From positions 1,054,001-1,118,000 of the forward strand of contig NW_027590135.1 of assembly GCF_964213995.1 (NCBI RefSeq): 64,000 bases of DNA, given 5' to 3'. Made by a program: the position numbers and the translations under genes. Position 1 is the stretch's first letter. Each line of letters opens with the position of its first letter. Below, in pieces: positions 62,612 to 64,000 of the stretch. This DNA comes from Mustelus asterias (lineage: Eukaryota). The notes below the pieces were generated by a model, which worked only from the letters and a program-made list of their open reading frames with translations, made no database searches and had not been told where the DNA came from.

Positions 62612-64000
62612 CTCACACACTGTATCAGAGTGAGTAAATCCCACACTCACACACGGTATCAGAGAGTGAATAAATCCCACACACACACACTGTATCAGAG
62701 AGTGAGTAAATCCCACACACACACTGTATCAGAGAGTGAGTAAATCCCACACACAAACACTGTATCAGAGAGTGAGTAAATCCCACACTCACACAGTATC
62801 AGAGAGTGAGTAAATCCCACACTCACACACTGTATCAGAGAGTGAGTAAATCCCACACTCACACACTGCATCAGAGTGAGTAAATCCCACACACACACTG
62901 CATCAGAGAGTCAGTAAATCTCACACTCACAAACTGTATCAGAGAGTGAGTAAATCCCACACTCTCACACTGTATCAGAGAGTGAGTAAATCCCACACTC
63001 ACACACTGTGTCAGAGGGTGAGTAAATCCCACACTCACACACTGTGTCAGAGGGTGAGTAAATCCCACACACACTCACACACGATATCAGAGAGTGAATA
63101 AATCCCACACACACAGTATCAGAGAGTGAGTAAATCCCACACACACACACTGTATCAGAGAGTGAGTAAATCCCACACACAAACACTGTATCAGAGAGTG
63201 AGTAAATCCCACACTCACACAGTATCAGAGAGTGAGTAAATCCCAGACTCACACACTGTATCAGAGAGTGAGTAAATCCCACACTCACACACTGCATCAG
63301 AGTGAGTAAATCCCACACACACACTGCATCAGAGAGTGAGTAAATCTCACACTCACAAACTGTGTCAGAGAGTGAGTAAATCCCACACTCACACACTGTA
63401 TCAGAGAGTGAGTAAATCCCACACTCTCACACTGTATCAGTGAGTAAATCCCGCCCACACACACTGAATCAGAGAGTGAGTAAATCCCACACTCACCCAC
63501 TGTATCAGAGAGTGAGTAAATCCCACACTCTCACACTGTATCAGAGAGTGAGTAAATCCCACACTCTCACACTGTATCAGTGAGTAAATCCCGCCCACAC
63601 ACACTGAATCAGAGAGTGAGTAAATCCCACACACACACACTGAATCAGAGAGTGAGTAAATCCCACACTCACCCACTGTATCAGAGAGTGAGTAAATCCC
63701 ACACTCACACACTGTATCAGAGAGTGAGTAAATCCCACACTCACACTGTATCAGAGAGTGAGTAAATCCCACACTCACACACTGTATCAGAGAGTGAGTA
63801 AATCCCACACACACGCACTGTATCAGAGAGTGAGTAAATCCCACACTCACACACTGTATCAGAGAGTGAGTAAATCCCACACACACACACTGTATCAGAG
63901 GGTGAGTAAATCCCACACTCTCACACTGTATCAGTGAGTAAATCCCACACACACACACTGTATCAGAGGGTGAGTAAATCCCACACACACACACTGTATC
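62612..64000. repeat. about 34-38-bp tandem satellite running off the window end
   Basis: Unit CACACTGTATCAGAGAGTGAGTAAATCCCACACT with variable (CA)n; seed units at about 61000-61045. Confidence 0.97.

Noticed and set aside
62695-63994. Cys-rich repetitive ORFs; CRISPR-like periodicity
   Set aside because: Tandem satellite with no unique spacers, in a eukaryotic context with no cas genes.

Overview
Vertebrate nuclear DNA, almost certainly from a shark or other cartilaginous fish (HE1-type V-SINEs and HER1/CR1 LINEs throughout). The window holds a replication-dependent histone cluster (H1, H4, H3.2-type, two H2A genes and an H2B remnant cut by a CR1 junction, all with 3' stem-loops) interleaved with tRNA genes and tRNA pseudogenes. 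It is densely filled with CR1 LINEs, SINEs, two solo LTRs, Penelope-like (GIY-YIG) fragments and satellites, and has one assembly gap (13112-13320). Most ORFs in the supplied track are TE fragments or spurious. Main signals: (1) a family of short fold-back, TSD-flanked Penelope-derived elements carrying minimal type I hammerhead ribozyme motifs with helix I covariation between copies, plus a second decayed hammerhead family; (2) tRNA-Arg(TCG) and tRNA-Pro(AGG) copies with canonical 37/38 introns, isotypes that are normally intronless in mammals; (3) an orphan H1 promoter cut at the start codon and other signs of birth-and-death of histone-tRNA units; (4) an orphan CpG/CCAAT-rich promoter. All calls are by eye and TE boundaries are approximate.
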